Positions 13,440 through 27,201 of a stretch of DNA of 64,000 bases are shown piece by piece. How positions within the stretch are numbered: the first letter of the stretch is position 1; each line of letters opens with the position of its first letter. The notes beneath the pieces are model-generated. The model was not told the origin of the DNA. It saw nothing but the letters and a program-made list of their open reading frames with translations, and made no database searches. This DNA is from Octopus sinensis (taxonomy: Eukaryota): NCBI RefSeq assembly GCF_006345805.1, contig NC_043003.1:1426001-1490000 (forward strand). Direction: 5' to 3'. The position numbers and the translations under genes are program-made.

Positions 13440-13694
13440 GAGAGATGAGGAATTATGTACATTATTTACATTTGACGGATATTTGTCCTCATCTTGTTTG
13501 TTGTTAGCACAACGTTTCGGCTGATATACCCTCCAGCCTTCATCAAGTGTCTTGGGGGGAATTTCGAACCTGGTATTTTCATTCCTAAGGTATTTTTCCG
13601 ATGTTGTTGTTGTTGTTATTATTATTCAGGTCACTACCTGGAATCGGACTTGGAATGTTGGGGTTAGTAGCCCACGCTCTAAACCACTACGCCC
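13440..13694 (-). mobile_element. tRNA-headed SINE with hammerhead-containing 3' half (left copy)
   Basis: Minus strand: A-box-like GGCGTAGTGG, B-box-like AAGTCCGATTCC, short (TAA/CAA)n, then a body with the hammerhead. Mirror image of 13697-14790. Confidence 0.7.
13506..13552 (-). ncRNA. Penelope-type minimal hammerhead inside tRNA-headed SINE (left copy)
   Basis: Minus strand: agacac-UUGAUGA-a-GGCUG gaggguauau CAGCC-GAAAC-GUU-gugcu. Helix I CAC/GUG is present; C3 is changed to U. Confidence 0.6.
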
Positions 13695-13767
13695 GCGGGC
13701 ATATGGCGTACTGATTAAGAAGGCTGGCTACTAGCCCCAAGATTCCGAGTTCGATTCCAGGCAGTGA

Positions 13768-13771
<4 letters not shown>

Positions 13772-13830
<59 letters not shown>

Positions 13831-13887
13831 GAAGAAGAAGAAGAAGAAGAAGAAGAATGATAATAACAATAATAATAATAATAATAA

Positions 13888-13918
<31 letters not shown>

Positions 13919-13929
13919 AAGAATGATAA

Positions 13930-13960
<31 letters not shown>

Positions 13961-14009
13961 AAGAAGAAGAAGAAGGAGAAGAATAAGAAGAAGAAGAAGA
14001 AGAAGAATG

Positions 14010-14080
<71 letters not shown>

Positions 14081-14100
14081 AAGAAGAAGAAGAAGAAGAA

Positions 14101-14142
<42 letters not shown>

Positions 14143-14162
14143 TAATAATAATAATAATAATA
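13772..14162 (+). repeat. Alternating (TAA)n/(GAA)n blocks
   Basis: Directly visible. Confidence 0.95.
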
Positions 14163-14552
14163 AAGCTCAGAAAATATAAAGACCTACTCATTGAAATTGA
14201 GAAAATGTGGCATCTCAAGGCGGTTACAATACCAGTGATCGTAGGAGCACTAGGAATGATCAAGAAGGGAACCGAAAATTATATGAGAATGATCCCTGGC
14301 TTACCATCCCTGCAAGAAGTGCAAAAGATTGTCTTAACTGGTACATCACACGTATTGAGAAGAGCATTGTCGATGTGAGAACTGTTGCTGCTCATGTATT
14401 TTAAATTAACTTTAAAAAAATTTTTTTTTAAATGAACGAATTATTGAGTTTGGTTTAATGGCCTACCAATGTATACTATGAGTTTCTTTACCCTAGGAGT
14501 CGGGAAGACACTCGGCAAGAAATGGAATCAAATTTGAAAGAAGAAAAAAAAA

Positions 14553-14553
<1 letters not shown>
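14163..14553 (+). mobile_element. 5'-truncated R4/Dong-like non-LTR retrotransposon 3' end (C-terminus of the RLE domain plus 3' UTR)
   Basis: KLRKYKDLLIEIEKMWHLKAVTIPVIVGALGMIKKG...QKIVLTGTSHVLRRALSM* (stop at 14376-14378), A-rich tail, and (TAA)n on both sides. Clade assignment is from recalled motif similarity. Confidence 0.7.
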
Positions 14554-14607
<54 letters not shown>

Positions 14608-14694
14608 TAATAATGATGATGATGATGATAATAATAATAATAATAACATCGGGAAATACCTTATGAATGAGGACCCAGTTTCGAAATTTCCCAA

Positions 14695-14736
14695 AGACAC
14701 CTGATGAAGGCTGGAGAGTACATCAGCCGAAACGTT
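14695..14736 (+). ncRNA. Penelope-type minimal hammerhead inside tRNA-headed SINE (right copy)
   Basis: agacac-CUGAUGA-a-GGCUG gagaguacau CAGCC-GAAAC-GUU. Core is intact, but the GUG strand of helix I is deleted relative to the left copy. Confidence 0.6.
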
Positions 14737-15940
14737 AACAACAAACCAGATGATGACAAATATCCATCAAATGTAAATAATGTAAATAAAGAATAGCAGC
14801 CATTGTGAATTGTGGTTTAGCCCCAGGTCAGCCCTGATGGCGCGGACTTATATTCAAAAATATTTTAGCGTTAGCATCCGTCTTACTTTTATTTATTTAT
14901 CTATTTGTTTGTTTTGGGCTTTTGGGGATTATGTTATTCACGGTCCTCGTCGTCTTGTTTAAGACAAAATACGGAATGATTTGAAGGAGATTCGGTTGTT
15001 ATTTATAGCCGGTCGAGCAAGGATTTTTTTGGAATTTCTAAACTTTAAGAAATATTGGTTTCAAACTTTGGCCAACAATTTCGGATGGGGTGGTGTTGGG
15101 GGTTGCTAAGTCGAATTCATCGACCCCAGTATTCAGCTGGTACTTATTTTTATCAACTCCGTAAATATAAAAGGTAAAGTCGACTTCGGCGGAATTTGAA
15201 CTCAGAACACGAAGACTGACGAAATACCACTGAGCATTTAGTCCAGCTCACCGCCTTAACTTTAACAAATACTCAAAGAAATTTACAAGTTTCTTGGTTT
15301 TAAATCGTGTACTGAAGCAGGTGATGATGTACTTTGGGTGGATCATTTTGCTAATGAAACACACGCACTGGTTGTATTTTTTGCACTTATCAATTAACCA
15401 GTTAACTAACTAATCAAGTCTTAGGTCAATAGCTTGACTAATCGATTTATTGGTTCTTCAGAGATCTTTCGTCACAGGTTCCAGCGACAAAACTCTAACC
15501 ATGCAAATGATTGATTGATTCGTTAATCTGTTCATCAAACAACTGATTAATTAATGAAGCACTCTGATGAATCAACTGGTTGATTGATCAAGAAAATCTC
15601 AAAGAATTGATGGCTTCATTAGTCAAGTAGTTATTCTTTTATTCTTTTATGGTGGTTGTGTCATGCTGGAGCACAACCATGAGTTAGCAGATAATAATAA
15701 CTTCAAATATTGGTACAGAGCCAGCAGTTTTAGGGATAGGGCTAAGTCTCATCGACCCCCAGGGCTCAACTTGTATTTTTCTTAATCGACTTCGAAAGGA
15801 TGAAAGCCAAAGTTGACCCCAGCGGAATTTAGCTGATAATAATGAAAACCAATGAAATACCGCAGTGCGTGTGTTTCTGCTGGTAAAATTACCCTCCCAA
15901 AGTACAACAATATATAAATATACGTATGTGTGCGTGTGCA

Positions 15941-16034
<94 letters not shown>

Positions 16035-16072
16035 CATTATGTATCTTTAAAGAGATAGATAGATACATACAT

Positions 16073-16166
<94 letters not shown>

Positions 16167-16942
16167 CATACATACATACATATAGATAGATAGATAGATA
16201 GATGGATGGATGGATGGATGGATGGATGGATGGATGGATGGATGAGTAAAAACAAAATCACTCTCTTCCGGCCTCCGTCCACCCTTTATCAGCTGACTCT
16301 ATCAAATTCCTCTTCCAAACACCACCAAATACACAATCACTAAATTTCCATTCCACTCGGAAGGGGAATCTTTTCCTTTCCGTTTCCTCCCTCCATCGTT
16401 GTATCCAATTCCCCGAATTAACATATTCTGCTTCCTCTTTTTCTTCCATTCTCACCTGAGCTGCGATGCCGCTCCTTCCACTCACCTCTCGTCCTCTGAC
16501 CTCCCAAGGTGCACTCACTCTCTCACTCCCTGTTATACTGGAATTTTAATCATACCCAAACCCTCCCCCTTTCTCTCTCTCTCACTTCCTCGTGGTACTC
16601 TTCTGCCCATCCGTCACCCGGTCATCGGGTGCACAGGCCCGCTCACACCCACCTCTACATCACACATGCATACACACAAAAAGACACACATACATACGTA
16701 TACGCAAGAATGCGCGCTCAAGAGAAAGCGGGGACGCAGAGAGAGAGAGATGGAGAGGGAGAAGGAGAAAGAGCGAGCGAGAGAGAGAGGGAGAAGGAGA
16801 AGGAGAAAGAGTGAGCGAGAGAGAGAGGGAGAGGGAGAAGGAGAAGGAGAAAGAGTGAGCGAGAGAGAGAGAGATGGAGAGGGAGAAGGAGAAAGAGTGA
16901 GCGAGAGAGAGAGGGAGAGGGAGAAGGAGAAGGAGAAAGAGT

Positions 16943-16980
<38 letters not shown>

Positions 16981-17124
16981 ATGAGCATCCACAAGTTCAT
17001 ATGCAGGTATGTTCATGCGCACATGCAAATACATAAGGGCACACACCAACACCAACACACTCTCTATCTTCTGCGTATGTTTAAGCATGTGTGTTTCAAT
17101 GTGTATATATATATATATATGTTT

Positions 17125-17164
<40 letters not shown>

Positions 17165-17794
17165 GTGTGTGTGCGTGTGTGTGTGTTGTGTTGTGTGTAT
17201 GCGTGTGTGTGTTGTGTTGTGTTGTGTGTGTGCACGTGTGTGTGTGTGTGTGTGTGTTGTGTGTGTGTGTGCGTGTGTGTGCGTGTGTGTTGTGTGTGTG
17301 TATACATGCATGCGTTCTTATATCTTTCCATGTATGCGTGGACATCCGTGTGTATGTGTGTGTGTGTGTGTGTGTGTGTCTGCGCATGCGTACACACCAC
17401 TTCACTGAAGAGGGGCCGCCAGAAAAACAAGGTGTGGGAGCGGGAAAGGTAAGGAGCGCGGAGAAGCCAGACTGAACTTAATTATAGGAAGGAGTGAGAG
17501 AAATTGTGAGTGCAACTGGGGAACGCTAAAGGTCAAGGTGACTCCAACTAGCGGCAGTTCAGTGAATCAGGGTCAAAACCTGTATATGTAGCGGCTCGAC
17601 CTGCAAGAAACAGCAGCCGAATCTCATCTTCAAATAACAGCCAACTATCTTAAAAGACAATGAAGGACACAAACACTTATGTAGTTCTCTCTCTCCCTCC
17701 CTCACTTTCTTTCTCTCTCCCCCTCTGTTTTTCTATCTCTCTCATTCTCCCTCTCTTTCTCTCTCTCTCCCTCTCTCTCTTTCTCTCTCAATAT

Positions 17795-17861
<67 letters not shown>

Positions 17862-17980
17862 TGTGTGTGTGTGTGTATAGTTAATCCAAACATGAAAACA
17901 CAGAGAGAAAACACAACAACGCGAGGACGTGGAACAAATATAGTATTATTGGACGCTCAGGAAAGAAAGAAATAAGGAGA

Positions 17981-18015
17981 GTTTAACGTTTCGAGTGGAG
18001 CTCTTCGTCGGAAAC
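17981..18015 (-). ncRNA. Degenerate minimal hammerhead in a Penelope-like terminal repeat
   Basis: Minus strand: guuu-CCGACGA-a-GAG cucca CUC-GAAAC-GUU-aaac (U4 to C). Confidence 0.45.
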
Positions 18016-18287
18016 ATAGGAGAAGGAAAGATCCAGTGAAGGGAAGACAGAGGGAATAAAATCGCCAATTTATACATATATTCTTTTATTTGTTTTAGTC
18101 ATTTGACTGCGACCATGCTGGACCAACGCCTTTTAGTCGAGCAAATCGACCCCAGGATTTATTCTATCAGTCACTATTGTCGGACCGCTACGTTACGGGG
18201 ACGTAAATACACCAGCATCGGTTGTCAAGCGATGTTGCGGGGATAAGCACAGACACAAACATATACACACACACATACATGCATACG

Positions 18288-18320
<33 letters not shown>

Positions 18321-18321
18321 T

Positions 18322-18353
<32 letters not shown>

Positions 18354-18525
18354 ATATATATATATATATACGATAGGCTTCTTTCAGTTTCCGCCTACCA
18401 AATCCACTTACAAGGCTTTGGTCGGGCGAGGCTATAGTAGGAGACACTTGCCCAAGGTGCCACGCAGTGGGACTGAACCCGGAACCATGTGGCTGGTAAA
18501 CAAGCTACTTACCACACAGCCACAC

Positions 18526-18747
18526 CATATCGCAGCTCACTTATCGCGGTTCACTTATCGCGGTTTATTATTCAAGCTTACGTCGATTCCTCCATGGTGG
18601 TGTTTTGCATTTACAATGAAATAAATATATATAAATTATATAAATAATAATAAAAATATACAGTTCAGTGCTGTTTCTACTTCGCGGATTTTCCCCTATC
18701 GCGAGGGGTTTGGGAACAAAACACCCGCGATAATTGAGGGATTACTC
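18526..18747 (-). mobile_element. Tigger/pogo-like MITE fragment
   Basis: ccgcgataattgagggattactc-TA end; same family as 12371-12690. Confidence 0.6.
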
Positions 18748-19937
18748 TATGCCTAATTAATGAACGTGGCTCTTGGATTGGCAGCATCGAGCAACAGGCT
18801 TAGCTCTATTGCTTCCGGCACCTTACGTTCTGAGTTCAAATCCTATTGTGTTTATCTTTTGCTTGTTTCAGTCGTCAGACTGTGGCCATGCTGGGGCACC
18901 GCCTTGAAGAATCGACGCCAGTATTTACTATTTTCTTCTGAGCCTGACACTTATTCTATCGCTCTCTTTCGCCGAACCGCTGGGTTACGTTCTCTCTCTT
19001 TCTCTCTCCCTCCCTCTCTCTCTCTCTCCCTCCCTCTCTCTCTCAAACACACACACACATATATATACGACAGGCTTCTTTCTTCCGTCTATCAAATCCA
19101 CTCACAAAGCTTTGGTCAGCCTTAGGCTATAGTAGAAGACATTTACCCAATGTGCCACGCAGTGGGACTGAACCCGGAACTACGTGGTTTCAAAGCAAAC
19201 TTCTTACCACACAACCATACCCGTGCCTACATATATTTTTCAAGCGAAATGTCTCCGGATGTACAATATCTAATGTATGCTTCGCTTTGAATGACGATGG
19301 GGTGTGTTTTAAAAAAAAGTGTATCTTGTTTTTTTGTTTTTTTTAACCACTTACAAGTTTCCAATTTTCACTAGATTTTCTTTTAATGTTGTTCTCATGT
19401 CAGCATGCTGTTGAAAAAAATTGCGAGCGTTTGCAGTTATCTAATCTTAACCAATCGAAAACTTCCATTGCTATTATATCGAAAGTCGCAACTGTCTGTT
19501 TTCATGGAAATCAGCAAAGACAAAAATCAAACAACGAAGATAAGACCTGCTAGAAATAGCAACCAAAACTTCCTTAAACTACACCATAACATCTAAAAAA
19601 AAGACCCAAAAAGGGTTACACAGTATATAACGTAGATGGGAGTATTGGTTTATTTTTCATTCGTAATTAGAGCACCAATGCATCCTAATATGGTCCTAGT
19701 TTCACGGCCACACTAAATATCTTTATTGTACGTAATCATAAACACAACGTTAAGTACGGTTTCACAGCTCTTTCTTATCAAAGTAAATAGAAACGGAGAG
19801 ATTATTGACGTCGCCGTTTTTGTGAATGTTTCTCTTTGTCTAGACTGAGATAATAATGTCTTACTCGGCGCAGACGTTGCTCTCAACCACTCTTCTCGTC
19901 ACCAAATTTTTAGGACCGAGTTTTAAAAAATCCTATA

Positions 19938-20325
19938 CAGTAAAAGCTCGCAGTACGAGTGTCCCATTGTACCAGTAATTTGCTGTACGAGCCGAGAGAC
20001 TCGTGCGAATTTTTGTCTTGATGTACGAGCGGAAATCCGCAGTACGACATCCAAATTGTCCCCATCTTGTTTAAAGGGATTCAGTTAATAAAACCCATAT
20101 TTCTTTTGTACTCCCTCTTTTATATAAATGTCATTTTACTTGTAGCTACACCTTTTCTGTTTTAAAACCCATAAGAAATTATTTTTGAGTGGTTTTGTGG
20201 GGGGCTGGAAAGGATTAATTATATTTTAGTTAATTTCAATGGGGGGAAAATTGATTTCTAACAAATAAATCGCAAGACGAGCTCGGTCATGGAATGAATT
20301 AAACTCGTACTGCGAGGTATCACCG
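19938..20325. mobile_element. Tigger/pogo-like MITE
   Basis: TIRs cagtaaaagctcgcagtacgag / ctcgtactgcgaggtatcaccg, with TA on both sides. Confidence 0.75.
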
Positions 20326-20332
20326 TATTTTA

Positions 20333-20373
<41 letters not shown>

Positions 20374-20706
20374 ACTAGTAGTAGTAGTAGTAACTAGTAG
20401 TAGTAGTAGTAGTAGTAACTGATTAACAGTTTGAATCAAAGCGCAGCAACAGCAAATGTGACCCCCCCCCCCACTCACATCCCGGTTATAGCTCTTTTCT
20501 CTTTTACTTGTTTCAGTCATTTGACTGCGGCCATGCTGGAACACCACCTTTAGTCGAACAAATCGACCCCAGGACTTATTATTTGTAAGCCTAGTACTTA
20601 TTCTATCGGGTCTCTTTTGCCGAACCACTAAGTTACGGGGACGTAAACACACCAGCATCGATTGTCAAGCGATGTTGGGGGGACAAACACAGACACGTAA
20701 ACATAT

Positions 20707-20806
<100 letters not shown>

Positions 20807-22207
20807 TATATACGACGGGTTTCTTTCAGTTTCCGTCTACCAAATCCACTCACAAGGTTTTGGTCGGCCTGAGGCTATAGTAGAAGATACTTGCCCAAGG
20901 TGCCACGCAGTGGGACTGAACCCAGAACAATGTGGTTGGTAAGTAAGCTACTTACCACACATCCACTTTTTCAGAGGCCAACGAAGGCGCCTCAACATGG
21001 TTGGTTGCACGACCTGCACAAAAAATAACACGGTTGACCTGGGTAGGATTTGAACTCAGAACGTTCAAATCCTACCGGAACAAATACTCCAGAGCGTTTT
21101 TCTCCGGTGCTCTTGCGATTCTGCCAATTGACGCCCTTTCAATAAACAAAAAAATAATGGAAGCGTTTCCCCTTCATTTAATCTTTCTTAATGAAGTCAT
21201 ACAACAGAATACCGCAGAAAATTTTGCCGATTACGATTACATTTGTGTTGAATCTGATACACAAATGGTTGTTTTAATCTAAGAGGCACAGGTGTGGCTG
21301 TGCGAAAAGAAGGTTGCTTCCAAACCAGCGAGTTCCAGGTTCAGTCTCACTGCATGCTACCTATGGCAAGCGCCTTCTGCTATAGATTTGGGCCGATCAA
21401 AGCCTTGTGAGTGGATTTGATGGACGGAAACAGAAAGAATCCCTTCGTATATATTTATATTTATGTGTGTGTCCGTGTTGTCCCCCACCACCGATTCACA
21501 ACCAGTGTTGGTGTGTTGATGTCACTGTAACTTAGCGGTTCGGCAAAAGGGTCCGATAAAATAAATACCAGACTTTGAAAAAGCAAGTACTGGGGCTAAT
21601 TCTTTCGACTGAAATTCTTCGTGGCTGCAGTCTAATGACTGAAACCGGTAAAAGAATAAAAGAATAATATGGCGTCTGTTACACATAACGGGATTTTATT
21701 CAGCTCGGCAGCTACTCGCAACATCAGTGATAGTTTATTCGCTGTTTTTGTGCATATCATTGGAGAAAGATTTCGTCCAAGCATACTGGCAAGCTGTAAG
21801 TACACGCTATTGACGAGACTGACATGCGACCAACGTTCTCATTCAACACTTCTAGAACAAATTTCATCTCCCCAACCCGATACATTGTATTTTTAAACAC
21901 GGCCACATCTACAAGAGATATCTCCGAACGAATACCGTAGCAAATTGCCTTTTGTGATGTATTTACATTAAGTATGATTGATAGATAAATGGTTGTCATT
22001 ATGTTTGTTGCTTTTAATTAGGTGTTCTATTAACCATGAAGACATAATAGATATATAGGTGAGAGGATGGCTTTGTAGTTAAGAAGTTCGCTTTCCAGCC
22101 ACGTGGTTTCAGTTCATTCAGTCTCGGCATTTTAGGTGTCTTACACTATACGCTCGGGAAAACTACGGTTTGTGAGGAAGCTGCGTAGAAGCCCATCATA
22201 TATATAA

Positions 22208-22265
<58 letters not shown>

Positions 22266-22765
22266 TATATAACCAGCCGAAATCGCAAAGATAATCTGGA
22301 ACTCGACTGAGGAAAGAAAACTTCAAATGACCCGTCTTTGTCTTCTTTGTATCGTCTATCTGAATGTTTTGTTGTCCCCTTTTTGTATCACCTGTCTGGA
22401 TGTTTTGCGTTCTTGTCCCATTTTGTATTTTATATATATCATTAAGATTCCGTTGAATTAGGTACTTAAATTGAAGCACCTTGCTAGGTCGGTATAATCC
22501 GCACACTCAAACAATATCAATTGAATAGTGAATATCAAGACTCCGTGCAGGGGTGGTTGTACCTGATATTCCTGCCATGTGTGCAGACAACGCAACCCAG
22601 CCGAGTGAAGATATCTGCTCTTGGTAATTCAGACATGTTCTTTTTATGAAGGAACTTTCTATAGTATTTCCGAAGTGCAGATTGCAAGCTAGGTGAGTAA
22701 AATATAAATGAGTAACAAAGATGTACAGGTGTTAATGGATTGACACCTGTACTTTATAATTTATA

Positions 22766-22818
<53 letters not shown>

Positions 22819-23057
22819 TATATATATTATACATATAAGCAATAATAAATCTCTGAGCGAGATATAAACAGTAGCAGCACCACATCGTGAAGCATATTTG
22901 CCACATAAATGTGGTTGATCCATAAGGGACGATGCTACTGTAGTTTCTAGCCCCAGGAAGCCATCTCCTCTAGCTAGCTATTGACACGCTGTATGTGCCC
23001 TATCAGTATTTGCAAAGGAAACCATCGTTCCCATCTTTAGGTGGCAAAAATATTCAT

Positions 23058-23146
<89 letters not shown>

Positions 23147-24423
23147 TGTATGTATGTGTATATATAAAATTCAATTATATTTCAGTTGAAATGGGTTATT
23201 AAGTTGAGGTACCTTGTTTGGCCTGGGTACCGTGCATACTCAACAATATTAAGTGAATATCAGACTTTAATTGATTAATGCTCTCATTAATCAATTATAT
23301 GTGTGTGCGTATGTCTGTATATGTGTATGTGTGCGTGCGTGTGCGTGCGTGTGTGTGCGTGTGTATGTGTGTGTGTGTGCGCGCGTTTATATGTTTTAGA
23401 CTGTCCCCACACCGCTTGACAACCGGTTCGTTTACGTCTTCGTAACTTAGCGCTTCAGCGAAACAGACCGATAGAATATGTTCCAGACATTAAAAAAAGC
23501 AAAAATTCAAAGAAGTCCTGGTGTCGATTTCTTCGACTGCAACACTTCAAAGCGTTGCTCCAGCTTGGCCACAAGTGTTTCGATGAGTGAAACAAATAAC
23601 AAAAATAATAATTCTTTTTTTCTGCTCCAGAAACGAGGCCCGAAATTTGGCCGGAGGGGGCCAATCGATTAGATCGATCCCAGTATGCAACTGGTACTTA
23701 ATTTATCGACCACAAATGGCAAGGTCGACCTCGGCGGAATTTGAACTCAGGACGTAAAGACAGGTGAAATACAGTTAAGCATTTCGCCCGGCGTGCTAAC
23801 GGTTCTGCCAGCTCGCCGCCTTTTGTAACAAAAATAATTATAATCGAAACGTCACACTTGGAGTTTTATATATAGTCGAGGTATCGTTGTTCGATCTTAT
23901 GTTCAGCAGTCAGCTCTTACAATATCAACTAATGCTAGCAGAAGATAAATATACCGAAATTATCTCTCCTTATGTTTCCTTGTTATAAATATTTTTTATA
24001 TCTTTTAGTATGAGAGCTTTATAATGTTATCAGTGAAGAGAGATCCCGGCGGGTATCGATAACAAAGGTTGACATATCAATGTGTGTGTGTGTGTGTGCG
24101 TGCGTGTGTGTACACACATATACATAGTAAATATACAAATACTTATATATGTATCTGTATATTTGTATGTGCATATATATATATGTGTGTGTGTGTGTGT
24201 ATACACATATACGTGTATATACACTCATATACACATACATATATATATGCATATATGTGTGTATAAATATATATATATATGTACACACACACACAAACAC
24301 GATCATACACATGCACATACACATACACACGCTCTCACTCACAAACATGAACACATGTATATATATATATATGCGTATATACGTACATGTATCTATATCT
24401 GTATAAGTACGTGTGTACGTATG

Positions 24424-24473
<50 letters not shown>

Positions 24474-25384
24474 TTTGCACGTACGTATGTGTGTATAGAA
24501 ACGCACGCACACACACACACACACACACAAGGCAACAATGTAAACAACAGAAAACAAGCACTTCTCCAAACGACGACAGTTGCGGGTTGAGAAGTCAAAA
24601 GGTTTCGTTGATACAAAAACTCTGATATTCAAATATTTCAGCAGGTGATAAAGTACCAGATATCAGTAAAGGTGATAACCAAGACTTACTCTGGTTGAAG
24701 AAGGTTTCTAAGAAGCCCTTTATTCCGTTTACAATGTTATTTATCGACAATAAATACGACAGTTTAAAGAGACGCGGTACACAGATACGAAGGCCTTCTC
24801 TTCCTTTTTCAACCTCATAGAATAAAGAATGCACTCATCGAACTGTGTTGGCGAGTCTGACTCCCAATGCAAAACTTAAAAAGGCTACCAACACTCGAGG
24901 ATTAATTTATTTTCAGGGATCCTTTAGCCATAAATATGATCTTACAAATCACGGAATCTACAAAATGATTCAATAAAAGCATCCAGTTTCTCTTTATCTG
25001 TACTTTTTTCTGCTTTCTTTTCATTTTCTTTTAGTTATGAGTATGTATAGGTGGTGTGTGTGTGCGTGTCTGTGTGTATGTATATCACTAATAAGTGCTA
25101 CTATGCACGAAACTCTTGATCGTTGAGTCACTTTGTAATTTCTGTGATTAACGCTTTTAAATCGGTCGACGTAATTATGCGCCACCTGGCTTAGAACCCG
25201 TCGCCTGGGTTAGAACCGGTCCACCTGCCAACTCATAGAACGATTCGATGTCTCATGTGAATATTTAACCCGATAGATTGGTCCCGCCACTCCGGCTCTA
25301 TCAACTTCGTCGTCGCGTCCTGTTTCGAGGAATTTACGTTCGTCGCGGCGCCAAGCTACACCAAGCTCCACCACCTCCCCAGTT

Positions 25385-25830
25385 GTGTCTTCTTGTTCGG
25401 ACGATGAGTATTTTCCTAGTTCAAAATCAGATGATTCCGATAGCTATGTTGATATTCTGGTGAATCAAAGGTACAAGCAGGCAGCAGTGAATGGCTCTGG
25501 ACAGCAGAATGTCGTCTGGCGAGTGAGAGTCCATTTCGTCCGACGACATGCGTTTACTGGTACGCCTGGCATAAAGGCAAACCTTCAACATGGAAGCTCG
25601 TCATTGGAAATATTCCACGAGTTTTTGACGGATGAAATGTTCCAATCTATAGCAGATAAAACGAATGACTATGTTAAACCTATCCCCAGCATGTCAGACC
25701 CGAGCAGAGCGCTGGTTGGTTCCCAACTACAGAGGACAAAATCAAAGTTCTGCTTACCCTGCTGATAATGATGGGCATCGTGAAGAAACCGACCCTGGTA
25801 TCATATTGGAATCAGGAACCAACCATGTAT
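25385..25830 (+). pseudogene. piggyBac (PGBD-like) transposase 5' fragment
   Basis: Acidic N-terminus, FTGTPG..SSLEIFHEFLTDEMFQSIADKTNDY, then after a frameshift [21 protein letters not shown]. Truncated by a (GATA/GACA)n tract. Confidence 0.75.
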
Positions 25831-25860
25831 ATATTCTGTTTTCCTGTTTGAATTACCAAA

Positions 25861-26290
<430 letters not shown>

Positions 26291-26683
26291 TCCAATGATC
26301 GAAAAAGTAAAAGGTTGTATTTTAGAAACCCATTTAAACACCAGCTTTTCTTTCATTCCTCATGGCTCGGGAGCACACCTATGCGCATGCTCAATCTCGA
26401 ACGTCGCAGAATTTATTACATCCTGCCAGTTTATTGCTGTCGACAGACTTCAATAGTGATCGATGTCATTTACGAATATATGGAGAAAGCTCGCTAAAAT
26501 AGCGAACAACGTTTAGCATGTGAAATGTGGGAAAATTGCCGATCAGTTGATTAATCTGCCTTGAATAACCTCTGCTCTATCTGTCACGAAGTGAGTGGTG
26601 AGGTTTTTACTAGAACACTTGCCCCGGGAAAAATATCAATATAGGTGTGTGCGTATGTCTGTGTTAAATATGCCTGTGTGTAG

Positions 26684-26717
<34 letters not shown>

Positions 26718-26840
26718 TCTCCAAGCGATCGTGGGGAGGACGTAGATCAGTGTGCGCATGCGATAATAGGCAAATACCAAATATTTTTAAAAAAACACGA
26801 AAAAGAACCACAAAAGTCAATAGGGCGCTGGTCTTTTCCC

Positions 26841-26872
26841 TTTTTCCGACGAAGAGCCATGCTCGGAACGTC
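26841..26872 (+). ncRNA. Degenerate minimal hammerhead
   Basis: CCGACGA-a-GAGC cau GCUC-GGAAC-GUC; two core substitutions. Confidence 0.4.
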
Positions 26873-27120
26873 ATTTTTCAATTCCGTTTCTCCATCTAGA
26901 AATTTTAGCAAGCCTCATTCTAATATATTCGGTGTTCGTCCAATTGAATTTTGTTACTGTTTCTTGTTTGTTTTTTTTTTTTTCGAATTTGTATGCACAT
27001 ATTATATATAGAGAGAGAGAGGGGGGAAACAGACGGACAGACAGACAGAAAGGAAGAAAGAGAAAGAGAGAGAAAGAGAGAGAGAGGCAGACAGACAGTC
27101 AGACAGACAGACAGACAGAC

Positions 27121-27201
<81 letters not shown>

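Larger units (their letters stand above)
13697..14790 (+). mobile_element. tRNA-headed SINE with hammerhead (right copy), interrupted by an expanded TAA/GAA microsatellite and a LINE 3' end
   Basis: gggcatatggcgta...GAGTTCGATTCC B-box (13747-13758). The body resumes at ~14645 (aacatcgggaaataccttatgaatgag...) and matches the reverse complement of 13440-13605. Confidence 0.7.

Noticed and set aside
13697-13770. Functional tRNA genes at SINE heads
   Set aside because: No complete cloverleaf or acceptor stem, and each is fused to a SINE body.
15560-15600. CTGATGA-atcaac/gttgat hairpin followed by GAAA
   Set aside because: Seven extra nucleotides separate the stem from GAAA and there is no helix I or III. 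The region is decayed TGAT/ATCA repeat.
21735-21775. ttattcgctgtt...tcattggagaa similarity to the retrozyme-like monomer
   Set aside because: Only ~30 nt match, there is no hammerhead nearby, and the flanks do not align.
22300-22340. CTGAGGA...GTC motif (also at ~54595) as a hammerhead
   Set aside because: No GAAA in register and no pairing for helix I.
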